Assembly (NCBI RefSeq): GCF_004376175.1
Contig: NZ_SNUY01000009.1
Span: forward strand, 90,108 to 95,813
Origin: Halalkalibacterium halodurans
Lineage (GTDB): Bacteria; Bacillota; Bacilli; Bacillales; Bacillaceae_D
Reading direction: 5' to 3'
Length of the DNA: 5,706 nt
Positions within the stretch are counted from its first letter, which is position 1. Each line of letters opens with the position of its first letter. Below are positions 5,682 to 5,706 of the stretch, piece by piece. A program made the translations under genes and the position numbers. Under the pieces are notes generated by a model. The model was given only the letters and a program-made list of their open reading frames with translations. It had not been told where the DNA came from and did no database searches.

Positions 5682-5706
5682 TGTCCGATTTAGTGTTGAC
5701 ATTCCA
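5682..5706. repeat. IS3-family right terminal inverted repeat (IRR), ending in CA at the last base of the window
   Basis: TGTCCGATTTAGTGTTGACATTCCA is the inverted partner of 4486..4510. It begins 6 nt after the orfB stop. Confidence 0.6.

Larger units (their letters stand above)
4486..5706 (+). mobile_element. IS3-family insertion sequence, about 1221 bp, with orfA/orfB and a programmed -1 frameshift; its right terminus coincides with the window end
   Basis: The termini are TG...CA. The IRL TGAATAGGTTACACTTAGTTGGACA (4486..4510) matches the reverse complement of 5682..5706 (TGGAATGTCAACACTAAATCGGACA) at 16/25, and similarity continues inward. The element has the two-ORF IS3 organisation. 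Whether the IRR extends past 5706 cannot be seen. Confidence 0.8.

Overview
This AT-rich, Firmicutes-like window consists almost entirely of three insertion sequences from three families, with no recognisable cargo genes. (1) A complete IS21-family element lies at 414..3241 on the minus strand and carries istA, istB and an extra 66-aa ORF. It is bounded by 91-bp terminal arrays and a 6-bp GTTCAT target duplication. (2) That element sits inside the transposase gene of an IS4-family (DDE/YREK) element, splitting it into fragments 3242..4415 and 220..413. Removing the IS21 and one duplication copy restores an exact 1362-nt (453 aa plus stop) ORF. The outer ends of this IS4-like element could not be located. 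(3) An IS3-family element lies at about 4486..5706 on the plus strand, with orfA/orfB and a U UUA AAG -1 frameshift heptamer, and its terminal CA is the last base of the window. I see no defence system, CRISPR array, RNA gene or metabolic operon. The features worth follow-up are all IS biology. They are the translationally coupled third ORF in the IS21 element, the symmetric four-unit terminal repeat arrays, and an 18-bp strand-specific fold-back that would sequester the istA Shine-Dalgarno in read-through transcripts. A possible hybrid promoter also spans the IS3/IS4-like junction. Family assignments rest on motifs read by eye and no database search was possible.
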